From Mytilus edulis (lineage: Eukaryota), in contig NC_092347.1 in assembly GCF_963676685.1 (NCBI RefSeq), positions 18,662,001-18,726,000 of the forward strand: 64,000 bases of DNA. Direction: 5' to 3'. A model generated the notes under the pieces. That model was not told the origin of the DNA. It did no database searches and was given only the letters and a program-made list of their open reading frames with translations. The position numbers were made by a program, and so were the translations under genes. Shown in pieces: positions 22,980 to 37,710 of this stretch (positions are counted from its first letter, which is position 1; every line of letters begins with the position of its first letter).

Positions 22980-25900
22980 AATGAATATTAAAAAAACAGT
23001 TGTTCAGATTAAATTGCTGAATGCTTAATAATTTATAAGAAGCTAAGATGCAGTGTACTCAAATTTACTATTGGTGTCCAATTGTATGTTTCTTTAAACT
23101 GGGTCAAGAATAACATGATTATGTCTAAAACAAGGGAGATAATTAACTACCTCCGGTTTAACAAATGTCACTTCATGTCTCATTTGTTAGCTTTAGTCAC
23201 ATTAATTCTAACAATATATTTATTCTATATAATTTTGGTTGAAAAAAGAGAAACAAATTGTAACTTCTGGTTTAAAATATTTACTTTCGAAACCATCTTA
23301 TTAGGTTACCCAAGATTGGTTCCAAAATATATCATGGTTCTAAGTATTTTCATATTTAATCAGTACAGAAACTTGCTACTACTTTGAAAACAACAACGTC
23401 ACTTTCGACTTGCCGTTTAAATGTGACATATCTACCAACCTAATGCAGAAAATCTAAAAGCTTTATTAGATTAAAATATTACATTAATCAAATCAAGACC
23501 ATAATCTTAGTTCATCAAGCATGGACCTCAAATCAAAAGACCCTGGTCTTTATAACTAAATATCATTTATTTCGGTTAAAAGCTAGATTTTAACGTAATT
23601 GCTATGTTTTGTAAAATATTTTGTCGATATCATAAACGATCTTAAAGAAAACTCGAAATAAGACAATATCAAAATTAAGAATATGACATTTACATTTGAC
23701 ATTGACCTCATTTATATTTTGGTGTACCAAGTCGCTTTGATCCAATTTTATTTTGACATCCCAAGTTTTAATGAGCCATTTGGTAAAATCTCGTCGATTT
23801 CGTGTACGTTAGCGTTTTAAAATATATAAACATGAATCAACAGCAAAATTCAAAATCTAAAACGTCAGTTTTACCATTTGAATTTGTACTAAAAACTTGA
23901 TCATGAGGAAAATATCTCAAATCAAATGACATTTCGTCTCTAATATGTAAGGAACATGATTTCTGTTTAAAATTGCAATTTCGAGTATATGAGGGTAAAA
24001 ACTCCCATTGAAGGTCAACGCACATTTTTAAACAAAATGCGTATGTTACAACATGTCGCAAATATCATCTTATTAAAAAAAAGTTGTCTTAATCCTATAC
24101 ATGTACGTTTTTTGTGAAATAACAATATCAACCTCCCCCCCAAAAACAAAAATCGGATTTTGACCTTGTTCTTTGAACTTGATCACACGGTTTCTGAAAA
24201 ATTACAATATAACCCCTAATAATAATTCTGAATCTGACTTCAATCTTTGACCTTGATCCCATTTTCCTAATGATAGACCAAGGACCTCATTTTAAAAGAC
24301 CCTATGTTTCTATCACTTATACAATTATATTATTCTTATTCAAAATACAAAAGTGGAAACATCTCCTTTATTGAGTATATAGACCGCTTTGGTCAAAATT
24401 GTTCTTACGATCCTGAGAATATAACGTTGAATTAGTGAAATGATTGTGTCGTAATTTTAAACTGTCTGCAAAGGATATGCAAACAGTGTTTTGGAGATAA
24501 CTCTTCCAAAAAAATTGTTCGGTCAAACAGGATCAGTTTCAAAAGCACACTAACTGTTCAATATCATATGCAATAAAAATTAAAGCAACATCTTGCGAAA
24601 CCAGAATACACCTTTAAACAATTGTGGCGGAAGAAAAATAGATAATCTAAATAGTTGTAAACTAATTGGTCAGAGAACACTTGAACGGTTTCTACCTGAA
24701 ACGATATATTTTGATATGAAAAAAAATCGGCCTGAAATGTCACTTTGATGGCTAATTGTACGCTGATTTCGAATATATGTTTATGTCTTAAAATTACGAA
24801 CAAAGGTGTTTTCGATTGGTGATTTGATGGTCGCAAATTGTGTTTACTGGCGACGAGTTGATGGAGCCAGTTAGGTATGTTTGTGACCATCAATTCACCA
24901 ATTGATGCCTTCGGAGCTTAAAATACAAAATTGTGATCTCCAGTCTAATGTAACTAACAGAAAACAACGTCAAATATTACATTTAAAATCTGCCGTATGT
25001 CATCTGCATTGGCGCGTACATATTCATAGCATCAATAATATAGAAAAGCTGTATAAAAAAACTAAGTTTTCTCATAAAACTTTACAAAATCTGTAAATGA
25101 ACTACGTACAACATGTGGTTTAGAAGGCAAGCTGAACAGCAAGACTGTAACAAGCCGGAGTTGAAGATGACATTATTTGAAAGACAATTGGAATGTAGAC
25201 TCGTACTTTTACGTGATTTGTAACTTCGCAAGGTATGAAAAGCACGGTAAAATGAATTGCAAAATTGAAATATTTAAAGGAAAATGCTTTACCAAGAAAC
25301 AAACAGCATTTATCTTTGATGAATTGAAGAGGGTGATATGTATTTTGAAATAAATATTCTGACCTGGGTAAAACTGAAAAACAATAGGATGTACAAGACT
25401 GAGCGACACAAAATGTAAAATGAAGATAAGCACTACAAGCAATAGATGTGAATGATTTCTACGCCCGATTTAATCTAACTACCACCAACCAAAAAAGGGA
25501 ATGCTCGAACTCTTAGCTCTTAAAATCGAGGAAGGATGTCATAGGAAAGTCTGATCCTTGCAATTGTCATACAACAAAATCAAAATAAAATTTATATACT
25601 CAAAAGTCTGACACCATGGCTCGTATGTGTGTTTTAACTTTACATTATGAAACTGTTAAAACTGTTCAACCTTTTAAAAAATATAATATATTTCACATTC
25701 ATCACAATAACGACAAATACTTTTTGCAAGGAGTCACAAGGGTAATCTGCACGTGTAAGCCAGTAATGCAATATGGACTACATTTGTAGAATGCAAAAAA
25801 TAATAATCAATTAATCCAATAGATATACATATTTGTTTTTTACAACCTTTATCTCAATACTTAGTATACAATCGATATAAATATAGATTGAACATATATC

Positions 25901-28900
25901 TCTTTGTTTTCAGTTTCTAATTAACAGTGAATACATTTTTCCGTTAAAAAGTTATCGTAGTTATGTTGTTCGTAGTTACCAACGGTTTATAAACTTAAAA
26001 CAAATGAATCATTTAAGATCTTGTATGGTAAAATGTAAAAAACTACAAAGTCCACAGAGACAAAACTACAATCGGAAGAGAACAAAACTATCTACAAACC
26101 ACACCAAGTTGTTAATATAGAGTATGTCCGAAGAGAACCTGCAGTGAGACAACACCAAAAAGCTTTGAGTATTTCATTAAAATTACCTTATTTTAAAAAT
26201 AACTGGCTGTTAAAATGTTCATAAAATAACTTCTAAAAAAGTAAATTTAAAAAGTTCTTCACATTAAAGATTCATCTTTGTAAATCCCATTTTAAAATTA
26301 TAGTAGTAAAAACTTATGAAGAAAACTTCTTGATTCTTTTGATCAACTTATCCTCAACAATTGTAAATTTAACATATCCCATTTTAGTAGAACCTTTTTT
26401 TTGTAATGTATTATCTTTACTACCTTTACTATTTAAAAAAAATATTTACAGCTTTATATATTAACAGTTATACGAGTACTCGTGATCGATACGTTCTACT
26501 TATGATTTGACTTTGCAGAATTCCATGATTTTTCTGATGAAAAAAAAACAAATTTATTCTAAGATAAATTCGTTTGATGTGTACTGTCTTTTAACTCTAT
26601 CAAAATACGACAAAATTTTCACACATGATTTTGGAACTGTTCCTCTGGTCTTAACTACAATCCTGTTCCCTCTCATAAATGGGAATCACGGAATTAGACT
26701 ATTAAACGGGTTTGTATTTACATGAATCATAAGACAGGTGCCACTTGAGATCACGCTAATTTTTTTTCTGGGGTTCGTGTTGCTCAGTCTGCAGTTTTCT
26801 ATATGTAGTGACTTTTGAACTTTTATTTGTCTGTTGGTTTTGTTTCTTTTTTAGCCATGGTATGGTCATTTTATTTTCGATATATGAGTTGCAATGACAC
26901 GCTGGTATCTTTCATTCCTCTTTTAGCTTTGAACTAGCTTTCAGCAGAGACGAGTATTCTAATATCAGTGATCTGTGTAATGTATATCACTTCAATAAAT
27001 TAAATGTTAATTTTCTTTTTTTCCTGTAATTTCGCAAATGCTTGTGAATTATTTTCTAATTGATAGCGTTAACGGTATTGGATGCATTACGATATGCAAC
27101 ACCAGTTTTTGATTGCGTTGTGTTTGTATTTGTCTCTTTTAACTGTTTAATCACGTTTTAAAAATTGCTTTGACACTTATGAATCATGGTTCGTAACTAT
27201 TTGAGATAAAAGTGAATGCTGGTAAAGACGGTCGATATGTAGTACATAATTTCTAGTTGTATGATAACCATTTTTACATCCGTCAGCGAAACATCAACTG
27301 TACATCTAAGTATGTTAATTGATTGATAACTTACCTTACATCATTCAGTGTATTTCTCTTGAACTTTTAAATATTTTCTTTTCTTTTTCTTTTATTAGAG
27401 CGCTAATGATGAGGGTTCTGAAATGCACGAAATGCTTAAGTACGAATTTATAAGCCTGGTATCTTTGATGATTTTTATTGTTTTACATTGAAACCAAAAT
27501 CCATCCAAAATGTCTGTAGATAGAAGATTAACATATCACATTCATGGATGACAACTTATGTAATAGCCATGCTCTTATAACAAAATGGTTCCCTTGATTG
27601 TCATAAATCAATTATAATGCACTTTAATACTTATAGTTATTGAATTAATCATTGATTATGATCTATATTCAAATAAAAGCTCAGAATGGGTTAATACTGT
27701 GTCTAGACCTGCATAACTTTCCCCTCAATAAACCTGTTCCTTGTTGATTTGTAAGACTTGTTATAACTTATATTAAATGTAATGTACCCCAGAATAGTCA
27801 TTTGTCGGAATCTAAAAAAAAGGTGGTGAAAGCATTCAAGTATTGGTATTTGGTTTATTACAATTATCAGATGATCAAATACATAGGATAGTTTTTCATT
27901 GGAACACATTATTGTATCAAACGTTTTAGAAAGTAGCCACAATATATTTGTTTGAGCTAATTTATAAATGTGAAATTGAGTTGTCAAGTTGAAAAAATAC
28001 TTTCTGATAACCAATCAAAGAAAAGCAAACTGGAAATCATTAAATCAAGGATGCAAAATGTATTACCAAAACGGAATTTAAAAATTCTAATTACGATTCA
28101 TATTTTAATAGTTGTTCTTCTTTAATCACAAGTGCTTCAGTAATAACGACAACATGGTTACAATGTCAAAATACGCTTAGAAAACAATACCCACAACTAA
28201 CTTTTAAAAGTATTTCATATATTACTATATACTTAGTATACAATGTGTAAAAATATATATTTCATAACCAAGTATTTCTTTTCTGTTTCGAACTTAGTGT
28301 AAACACACTTCGGCCTGAAAAAGCATGTCATATTTACCTTACAATGTATAGCTATGAAATTAGCATATGTGGTATGCGCAGGTCGTCTAAAAAAGCAATG
28401 TTCCGAATCAATGTTCGTAGTATAGCTTTCCTCTTTAGTAATAAATATAAAAGAAAGATGTGGTATGATTGCTAATGAGACAACTTTGCACAAAAGACCA
28501 AATTTAAAATGACACAGAAATTAACAACTATCGGTCAACGTACGGCCTTAAACAATGAGCAAAGCCCATACCGCATAGGTTTGATTTGAGGTTCAACATG
28601 TTCAAGTCGAATTGAAAATCTTATTGTGAGAATACATCATTTGACATTACAGCAGCTGCAGCGGGCCTTCTATCGCTGGAGGAGCTGGAGCTGTAATCCT
28701 TTCCTTATCACTAAATAGTGTTTGTTTTTATTGGAAAATCTAACATTAAAATAATTTGTCATATATTCGAATATGCATAAATAATCGACATAAAGAACTT
28801 TGTTTTATAATATTACCAATGAATGTTATTTAAACTGATCGGTCGGAGCTTATGTTTAATTTGCATTAGGCCAGTCTATTTGAAGATGTGTGTTATAAGA

Positions 28901-30826
28901 ATGATTGCCATTATAATTATTATTTAATAAACCTATCAGTGTCACCAAACGCATATACAAAAGAACTGAGTGTACGATATGGAACGAATAACTGGACACT
29001 TCATTGATGAGTTTATCCAAAAACTCCTGTCTATAGCTGAACTGGTCTTAAATAAGCAAACTTCCTAAACCCCGCCCAGTCAAGTGAAATAAATCTAGTT
29101 AGGCGTGTTTTCCCGATTTTCTGATAAAAAATTATAGTTTTGATGAGGAAATCTTAGTATACTCATTTTACCTGTTATCTTACCTAGAAAAAAAATGGTC
29201 AAAACTGCATTATACACAAAATATCTGCTAATGAGGCAAATATTGTACACGGGGAAACAAAGATACTGATATAAGACATGCATTAAGATAGACCTAATCA
29301 TCTTGGTAGGAAAAGAAATTCAACTTGGCCATTGCTTTTTATGTTGAATTACCATCTTTGATTATTTAATAGTTAAACCTTATACACTTGCATGAAGAAT
29401 ATAAACGACCATCAGATCTTTTAGAGAACACTGAATTACTATAAAAATTGTTCAGTATGCCAGCTGTTTAACAAAATCTTCTAATAGAAAACTTAGATTT
29501 TTTTAAATCCCTTGTCTCATAAATCCAATGTAACGTGTGTATCAACTGAGGATTTTGCTATACTTTATACCACTTCTTACTGAATGTTTTACTAGACAAA
29601 AATTTCTATAAATGTGGCTTTGCTTTATATTTGTCCATCCTCAACTTAAAAAGATTAAGATCAGCAGTTAAGATCTCCAAGAATTTCCCCAAAATGAACC
29701 ATCTGTTAAAGGTAATAATTGTTTTTCGGTGTTTAAAATGATATTCTAGTGCATTAAACGGCAAACAAAAATCCATGAATATTAAAATTCAATACTTAAT
29801 GAAATGGATACAAATAGAATAACTATTTGTGTAAATGAGTATATAGACATCAATAACAAGGGCGGCAAGACTAGGTCAGAAGTCAACAGCATTTCAAGGG
29901 GATATTCATAGCCGCTGCCTGTCAACAATGCCACGAATAGGTTAACAATATTGGTGAATGAATATCTTAAGTGAATACAATAACACAAAAACAAATTTTG
30001 TTCATGATTTATTGATGTACATTTTCAATCGTCAAACATATTAAAAATTGAATAATTCAGCATACGAAAATTTTTGAAAGATGTTGTCTCCGTGACAGAT
30101 TAATGACTATGTGATCATTAAATACATTAGGTTTAATATAACAGCACATACATCATTTTACTATTCATCATCCTATTTGCAAGGCTAATTTCATTACTTG
30201 TCCGATTTTCAAATAAAATTTCATTGATCATACATTAGAAAATGACAAACGATAGACTTTTAACTCTTTAAAACAATTTGCCTTTGTCTGTTTATAATTG
30301 AAATAAACAAAACAACGGCTATCTTTTACTGATACGACCAAAAGCATATACACTGCTGAAAAATTCACAATTTGTCATAATCGTACATTGTTTTTAATTT
30401 CGGATAGTTCGTGAAGCTCTATTTTTTAGGATTCCTGAGTTATGATCAACACGATTAAATTTGAAAATCAAAGGAAGTGAACTGAGATGATTTTTCTACA
30501 CAAATCACTTTGTCATAGTTACTACATGTAGTCGTTTGTTTTTGTCTGATTTTGAATCTAACGTATGTCTTATATATAGACACTCGTAACTATGACATTT
30601 AAAACCGCGATAAAGTAGATGTTTCAGGTTTGAGCGTTTCTAGTAAAGATTATCCCTTTACAAGAATTCGACAAAATTGACCTCACAAGACGTCGACAAA
30701 ATTGACCTTACAAGAATTCAAATTGTGATGAAAAAATCGGCCACAACTTATACTTGGTCAAGTAATTTGTTTAAACGATTCGAGAGCCTATATAAGGATA
30801 AATGCTGCACCAGCTAGAGCATACTG

Positions 30827-31627
30827 AACAGATATATCTTGTTAAGGAGGGGTATTTGCGAAAAATACCAGTCGAGAGAATGTAAAATTTCATGAGCCGT
30901 AAGGCGAGGGAAATTCATTCTCAAGACTGGTATTTTTCGCAAATACCCCTCAAGAACATGCTATATCTGTTTAATTACACCGAAGGTTAACGTTCAAAAC
31001 ACATTGATGATCGTGACGTTACAAGCGTCCAGTCGGATAGAGTATTTTTTGGCATGCCACAAAACCAGGTTCAACCCACCATGTTTTCCTTTTAAAATGT
31101 CCTGTAGCAAGTCAGGAATATGGCCATTGTTATATTATAGTTCGTTTCTGTGTGTGTTACAATTTAACGTTGCGTCGTTTGTTTTCTCTTATTTTTTAGT
31201 GTAAATTGACATTGCGATAAGACGTGTCACGGTACTTGTCTATCCCAAATTCTTGTATTTGGTTTTGATGTTATATTTGTTATTCTCGTGGGATTTTGTC
31301 TGATGCTTGGTCCGTTTCTGTTTGTGTTACATTGAAGTGTTGTGTCGTTGTTCTCCTTTTATATTTATGCGTTTCCCTCAGTTTTAGTTTGTTACCCCGA
31401 TTTTGTTTTTTGTCCATGGATTTATGATTTTGAACAGCGGTATACTACTGTTGCCTTTATTTTTGGCAAATACCACGGCAGAGAGGGTAAAAAAAGGCAT
31501 ATCCTTTTTGCAAATACCCCGGCGGCGTTAAAATATGAACGATATTCATTTGATAACAGTAAATTGGTGAAAAATACACTGGCTATCAACCAATCAAAAC
31601 CCAGGATTCTTACATAAGGTGTAATTA
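30827..31627 (+). mobile_element. Hairpin-terminated element (hairpin 30827-30971; IRs taattacacc / ggtgtaatta) with a nested repeat at ~31050-31463
   Basis: Palindrome and 10-bp IRs at 30972-30981 / 31618-31627. Confidence 0.7.
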
Positions 31628-31783
31628 CTCTATATTCCAAACATACTAGTAAAGGAACGTAAGTTATATATGTACTTTAAATTAACGCAAATATCATTGA
31701 TCGAGAATTTTTACCCACTTTATGATATTTAATACATTCGATCAAAGAACGAATCAATTCAAAATGAAGTAGTTTTATCTCGT

Positions 31784-32240
31784 ATATGGTCTGAGACCAC
31801 AATTGTCGTCCCTTGATTTTCGTTGTTCACGAATATAGTCCCTAGTGTTGACAGTGGGTTACTTGCCAATAAGTTTTATACCCCTTCCAAATTTATTTCT
31901 CCATGTTTAATGCCTCAAATTGCAAGAAGGGGATGAAATTACACTGTAAAAATTGGGTCCCAAATTTTAAAGGAAAGTAGTGATTTGGTCCACCTGAAAA
32001 AAAGGTCAGAAATTAGCACTTCGGAAGCTGTCAAAAGATTTCAAGACGCCCTAAACATAAAAGTGTCCATATTTCGAGTTACAGCCGATTAAGCTTTCTA
32101 TAATTTTGATATGATTTGTCCCAAAAGTAGTCCAACACACTGTAAAAATTTCATTGAGAAAGCGCAGGTGGGATTTTTAAAATTTTCATTCATGTTCTAA
32201 AAGAAATGCACTAAGAAATAATCGTGGTCTCGGACCATAT
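31784..32240. mobile_element. MITE
   Basis: TIR atatggtctgagaccac / gtggtctcggaccatat (one mismatch). Confidence 0.8.
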
Positions 32241-32492
32241 GAAAGTACATAGAAATAATTTATCAGACATAAAACGCTTCCCCGTTTTTATAGTTTTTGA
32301 CCAACGGAAGTTTTTCAGTTATTTTGATAAATGAGAAGCAGAGATACCGGAGGAACAGTCAAACTCATAAATCGAAAATTACCTGAAAACGCCATGGATA
32401 TACGTGAAAAAGACAAACAAACAAACAATAGTACCTAAGAAACACCATAGAAAACTAAAGACAGAGTGAAACGAACCCCATTAAAAACATGT

Positions 32493-33270
32493 CACATAGT
32501 AGGTTGGTCGAATCGGAGTGTTTTTTTGAAAAATAAAAAATAAAATTTTAATTGTCGCATTTCATTTTTGTTTAAAAAAATATGATTAAAAAGGGTTTCA
32601 TCTGCAGTAAAATGCACCTAATGTCTGTTTATATGTGTAGGACTCGGAGGTGCGATGTGGACGCTGAAGTGCGATGGTCACGCTGAAGTGCGATGGTCCA
32701 CGCCGAAGTACGATGATCCCTTCGCTGAAGTGCGATGGTTTTGTGTATGACGTTTGAATAATATGACGTTTTCAAAATACAACATGGATTCGCAGGCAAG
32801 AGAATATGGTTTAAAGATGAAGGTTTCATGCTAACAAAGAAAAGTAAGGAAATAAGAAACAAACAAACAATTCAAGTCTCGAACAGTTTTAAGCATTACA
32901 TGTTGAGGTTAACAAAAATATGTTTAAACATTTAAGGCAGCAAAGCGGCTGAAAGATGAACTTGGTCACCAAATGGGCTAACCAGTATTCTGAATTATGC
33001 CGCAGACTTTTTGTAAGATGAATATATTATACTAATCTAAATATTAATCTTAATTTATCTTACGGTAAGCGTCACGTGATGTTATGTGGGCAATTAAAAA
33101 AAAATAAAAATATCATAGTATATAGCAATGTTTCAATGATTTTATAATGTTGTTTTATTCCCGAGATATTTTTGTTTTGTTTTGAAAGAACACCGTCGCT
33201 CTTGTTTGTTTTTATGGTTTCAGTCTAAAACGTGTCAGACAGAAATTCACCTGACTAAACCCTACGTGTA
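32493..33270. mobile_element. Degenerate MITE with an internal ~19-bp tandem repeat (gctgaagtgcgatggtca, 32650-32740)
   Basis: Imperfect TIRs acatagtaggttggtc / gactaaaccctacgtgt and mirrored subterminal A/T tracts. Confidence 0.4.
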
Positions 33271-34689
33271 CTTCCCAATTTAGCATCCTCATCTTTGTTT
33301 TTTGTGAAATAATTGACAAGCTTCGCTATTAGTAAAGTATACATTGACTTGTTGGTATTTTTACTTCGTGGATACTGTTCCGACATTCAAGGTACAACAT
33401 GTATATATAAATTGAAGAAGAATGTGAGCAATTACTAAGTTTTATCATAATATTTAAGTAAATGAGTAGGACACTTCTTAGTACTATTATAAAGACCTAC
33501 ACGCTGAATCTTTTTTTTTATTTCTCCTTTGAACACCTGATTCCATATTCTTGCGTGCTAAAAGAATACTAGGAGACTTAGAAAATTAGATTAAAACAAA
33601 AATTAAAGTCTTTGGTTTGATCTAAACAGAAGTTAAACATCTTCCAAATAAGAGGCTAGCAGCCAAATATTTATGGTGTTATTTTATTACAACAGCCCAT
33701 GTGCATTTTGCTTTTACTCAAAGTCTTAAGTTGGCCATCACACTACAGCGTAACCACCATCGCAGTTCAGCGTAAATATCAACAAATTAACGTCACAATG
33801 TTACCATTGCACTTAATCTGCAAGTAATTGTCATATATGTACCCTATAGCTAAGTACAGTAGTTCAGATACAAGCCGATGGACACCACTGCAGTATCATA
33901 ACAAATTTACAGTTTCATTTGTTTTGCACTTACCGATTAAACTGTATGTAGGTTGATATAATACCACATTATATCTTTATGTTTATCTATCAAATATAAT
34001 ATGATAACAATGTGCAAATGTTATCTTGTTCTTTAGTGACTTTAGAAGAAGTAACAGTAGTTTGTTCATGCATAGTTATAGACGTATTTATAGAAAGGTA
34101 GGCATTTGTTACTGGCATATGATTATAGAAAGAAAACTCTAAAACTTGTTATCCTATAAATTAGAATAAGAGCGAGGTCGAATGGTAGACAAGGGTATTC
34201 AATATGTATTCTGGAACATTATCATTGATAAACAAAAATCTATTCAAATATGATGAGATATTTCAACTGAATATCTTTGCCCTTTTTGCATGGGTTATAT
34301 TTAATACCTTTCGCAACCAAAATTTTTTTTCAAAAATGCATGATTTCTTTCATATCTTTTATTTTTCAAAAGATTGATATGATTTAAAATTGAGTTTGAG
34401 TTTGAGTTGAAGTTAACATTCTAGTTTTAATGTGTGTCTTTTTTCGTTTCGATTTGTACTTACAATTGAAGTTTGATTCGGAATCATAACGCATATGTTA
34501 ATTGATAAAGCGAAATTCATAAAAGAGTTTTTTCCCCAATTCTATGGGAAATAAAATCAGACCTTGGTGAAGGCAAAATACCTTGTCATAATTTAGTGTC
34601 TTTCAATTGTTTACCTGTATGCCAATGACACTGATACGAATACAGCTATTCCTTGTTGCAGGGAAATTGAGAGATATATTACTTTAATT

Positions 34690-35148
34690 GGTTATCAAAG
34701 GTACCAGGATTATAATTTAGTACGCCAGATGCGCGTTCCGTCTACATAAGACTCATCAGTGACGCTCATATCAAAATATTTATAAAGCCAAACAATTACA
34801 AAGTTGAAGAGCATTGAGGATCCAAAATTCCAAAAAGTTGTGCCAAATATGGCTAAGGAAATCTATGCCTGGAATAAGAAAATCCTTAGTTTTTCGAAAA
34901 ATTTAAACTTTTGTTTACAAAAAAAAAAAATGACCACACTACTGATATTCATGTCAACACCGAAGTGTTGACTACTGGGCTGGTGATACCCTCGGGGACG
35001 AAACGTCCACCAGCAGTGGCATCGACCCTGTGGTGTAAATAGTTATCAAAGGTACCAGGATTATAATTTAGTACGCCAGACGCGCGTTTCGTCTACATAA
35101 GACTCATCACTGACGCTCATATCAAAATATTTATAAAGCCAAACAATT
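34690..35148 (-). mobile_element. Tandem hammerhead repeat (retrozyme-like), 351-nt unit; both HHR cores carry point mutations
   Basis: Direct repeat gttatcaaaggtaccagg... at 34691 and 35042. HHR motifs at 34722-34765 (GAAA to GGAA) and 35073-35116 (CUGAUGA to GUGAUGA). Confidence 0.82.
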
Positions 35149-37710
35149 TAAACTGATCAAACAGTTTTTTTCATTATTATTTGAACATAGATAATTGCTT
35201 TCTGAAGATAGTGTCATGAATTTCGGAGAATGCAATGTATAAGAATAAATGGTCAATATTCTAAACATTTTTTAATGATCTAATACCCTGAAATTGTAGA
35301 AAAAACGTGCCCGTTCGTCTAGCTGTCGTTTTACCATGATCAATTTATCTCCAGATTGCAACTTAAAACATTTGTTTAAGTTAACGGCTAAAAGACCTAT
35401 GTTCAACATAGGAAAACATGTAAAATGATTTTTGTTCAAATTATTTAGATACTCTTTTTCGAAGAAGTACCAAAATAAGGAAAATGACAAAGATACTGAA
35501 CTTAGAGGAAAATCAATTTGGAAAGTCAATAATCACATGACAAAATGAAATAACAAAACGCATCAAAAACGAATGGACAAGAACTGTCATATTCCTTACT
35601 TGGTACAGGCATTTTCAAATGTAGAAAATGGCGGATTAAACCTGGTTTTATTGAGCTAACCCTCTCACTTCGATGACAGTCTCATCAAATTCCGTTATAT
35701 TTACATTGATGCGTTAACTAAACGGATACAATAAATAAAATAGTCAAAATATGGGTACATCAGTCTCATCGTATAACAATTTTAAAAGGAACAATTTTAC
35801 AGAACACAAAAACATCTACTATCTACAAACACATTCATATATTACACAGTTGTGGTAGAAATAGCTCTGTTTACTTTTCAAACTATCAATTATATTTGAA
35901 GAATCATTTAATCTTTTCACTGTATACTATGTTTATTTGATCAATGGTACAATTACGATCAGATATAAGTATTACCAACCTGTAAAGATAATTGCAGTGA
36001 TGAAGATTTACATGTGGTAACCGTGACCGTAGCGGGTTTTAATTTTTCGGAATCGGCTAACTTCAGGCTAAGGCACGTGTTAATTTAAGGCATTACAACC
36101 CGTTCCAAATATTGTCACATATTGATATGGTTGAGCGGGGTTAATGAATTGTTATTAAAAGTTAACAAATGACGCGTGTCAAATAAAATGAATATAAGAA
36201 TTCGTTAATATTGTTAAACCGTATGAAGTAAAACCTTCAATATATACCTGATTAAAAACAATATTTGCCAAAATAATTTTAGTGGATCTGCTTTTTTATA
36301 TTTCTACTATAATTTTAAACACATATATATAGGTCCGGTGTCGGCCTTTTTATCTTCAAAAAACACATACAAGCACATCATCATAAAGATGAAAATTAAA
36401 TTATCGAGAGAAAAATAGGGACATGTACTATTGCTGGTTTGACGTTTTGCTTTATAATACTTTATGCAAATGTATAACCATATGTCATTTATATTGTATT
36501 TAAACTGTATATTTATCACATGTAGCTAATTTCTAACCGAAACTTGTCGTAGATATTGGATCCGTTTATCCGTTATAACATGTATTCGTAAATGATGTTA
36601 ATGATGTTTTGGATGCTAAGTGAGATATTTCTTAAAATTCTATATTTAACAATAAATCAAATCGAAGATACGAAGTTTAAGGTTTTGAATGCCAGACATT
36701 CAATTTCTTTACAAAAGACTTATTAGTAATCTTCTAATAAAGCGTGAGACAAAACACTTAATATATTGTACAAAGTATCATCTGAATGTTTATGGTTCCC
36801 AAGTATATAAAATTCTAAAACGACATGGACAAAACAATCTCTGCTAAATTGGAACCGGAAATACTTACGAGATATTTAAACTTGATCGGTGACAATCAAA
36901 CAACGCCATGGCAAAAACAAGCAACAAAAACAAAGTTTTGGAAACACAACATACAATAATAATGACTGAAGAACACGAATCTTATCATGAACCGAGTAAC
37001 ATAAGTGCTCCGAATTGGTGAACATATCCTGTGGTATATGTGCCATCCGTCGTTTTACTCGTGTTAGTTCTAACTCTGTGATCAGACTTATTATGTAGGC
37101 CACGTTCGAGGAAAAGATAAAAGGATTTTTGTTAAAATAATTGGAACATATTTGCCGTCATCTGTAAAAATAGATATTTATTTAAAAATAAATACATACT
37201 GACAAAGGAACAATATGATATTGCTGTCTTTTGAATGAAATCCCAACCACTTATTGTTGTGTACAAGTTATTATTTTGTACAAATTATAATGTGTTCAAA
37301 AAATTTGTACAACCTATAATTTGTACAGCAATTTTGTACTAATTATATTTTGTATAAACTGATAGCTTGTACACAACATATACATAGCTAAATAATGAAA
37401 TGAGCTGAAATCATCTAAACGGTACACACTTTATTTCTTAGTTTAGGAGTTGACTATTATATAATATTATTTTCTATTTAAAAAGACATGCATACAAATA
37501 ATATCACAAATGGAAATATAAAATACACTTCACTTTAACATAGAAAGACCAGTAGTTTTTTAAAATGGTAAAATAGGATAAACCGTATTTCAGTGTAGAA
37601 TATTTACTTTAAAATACAACTCTTTGTAAAAGAGATCAGTCATTAACAAACGTTTCAACCGTATCGTACGGAGCCCTGTTGGTCTCACACAGATTATAAA
37701 GTGTCTTTTT

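Noticed and set aside
27395-27475. Additional + strand hammerhead
   Set aside because: Recognisable as a remnant of the ~350-nt family, but the core (AUGAUGA) and stems are destroyed.
27700-28100. Possible decayed coding sequence
   Set aside because: Short broken frames with no recognisable motif.
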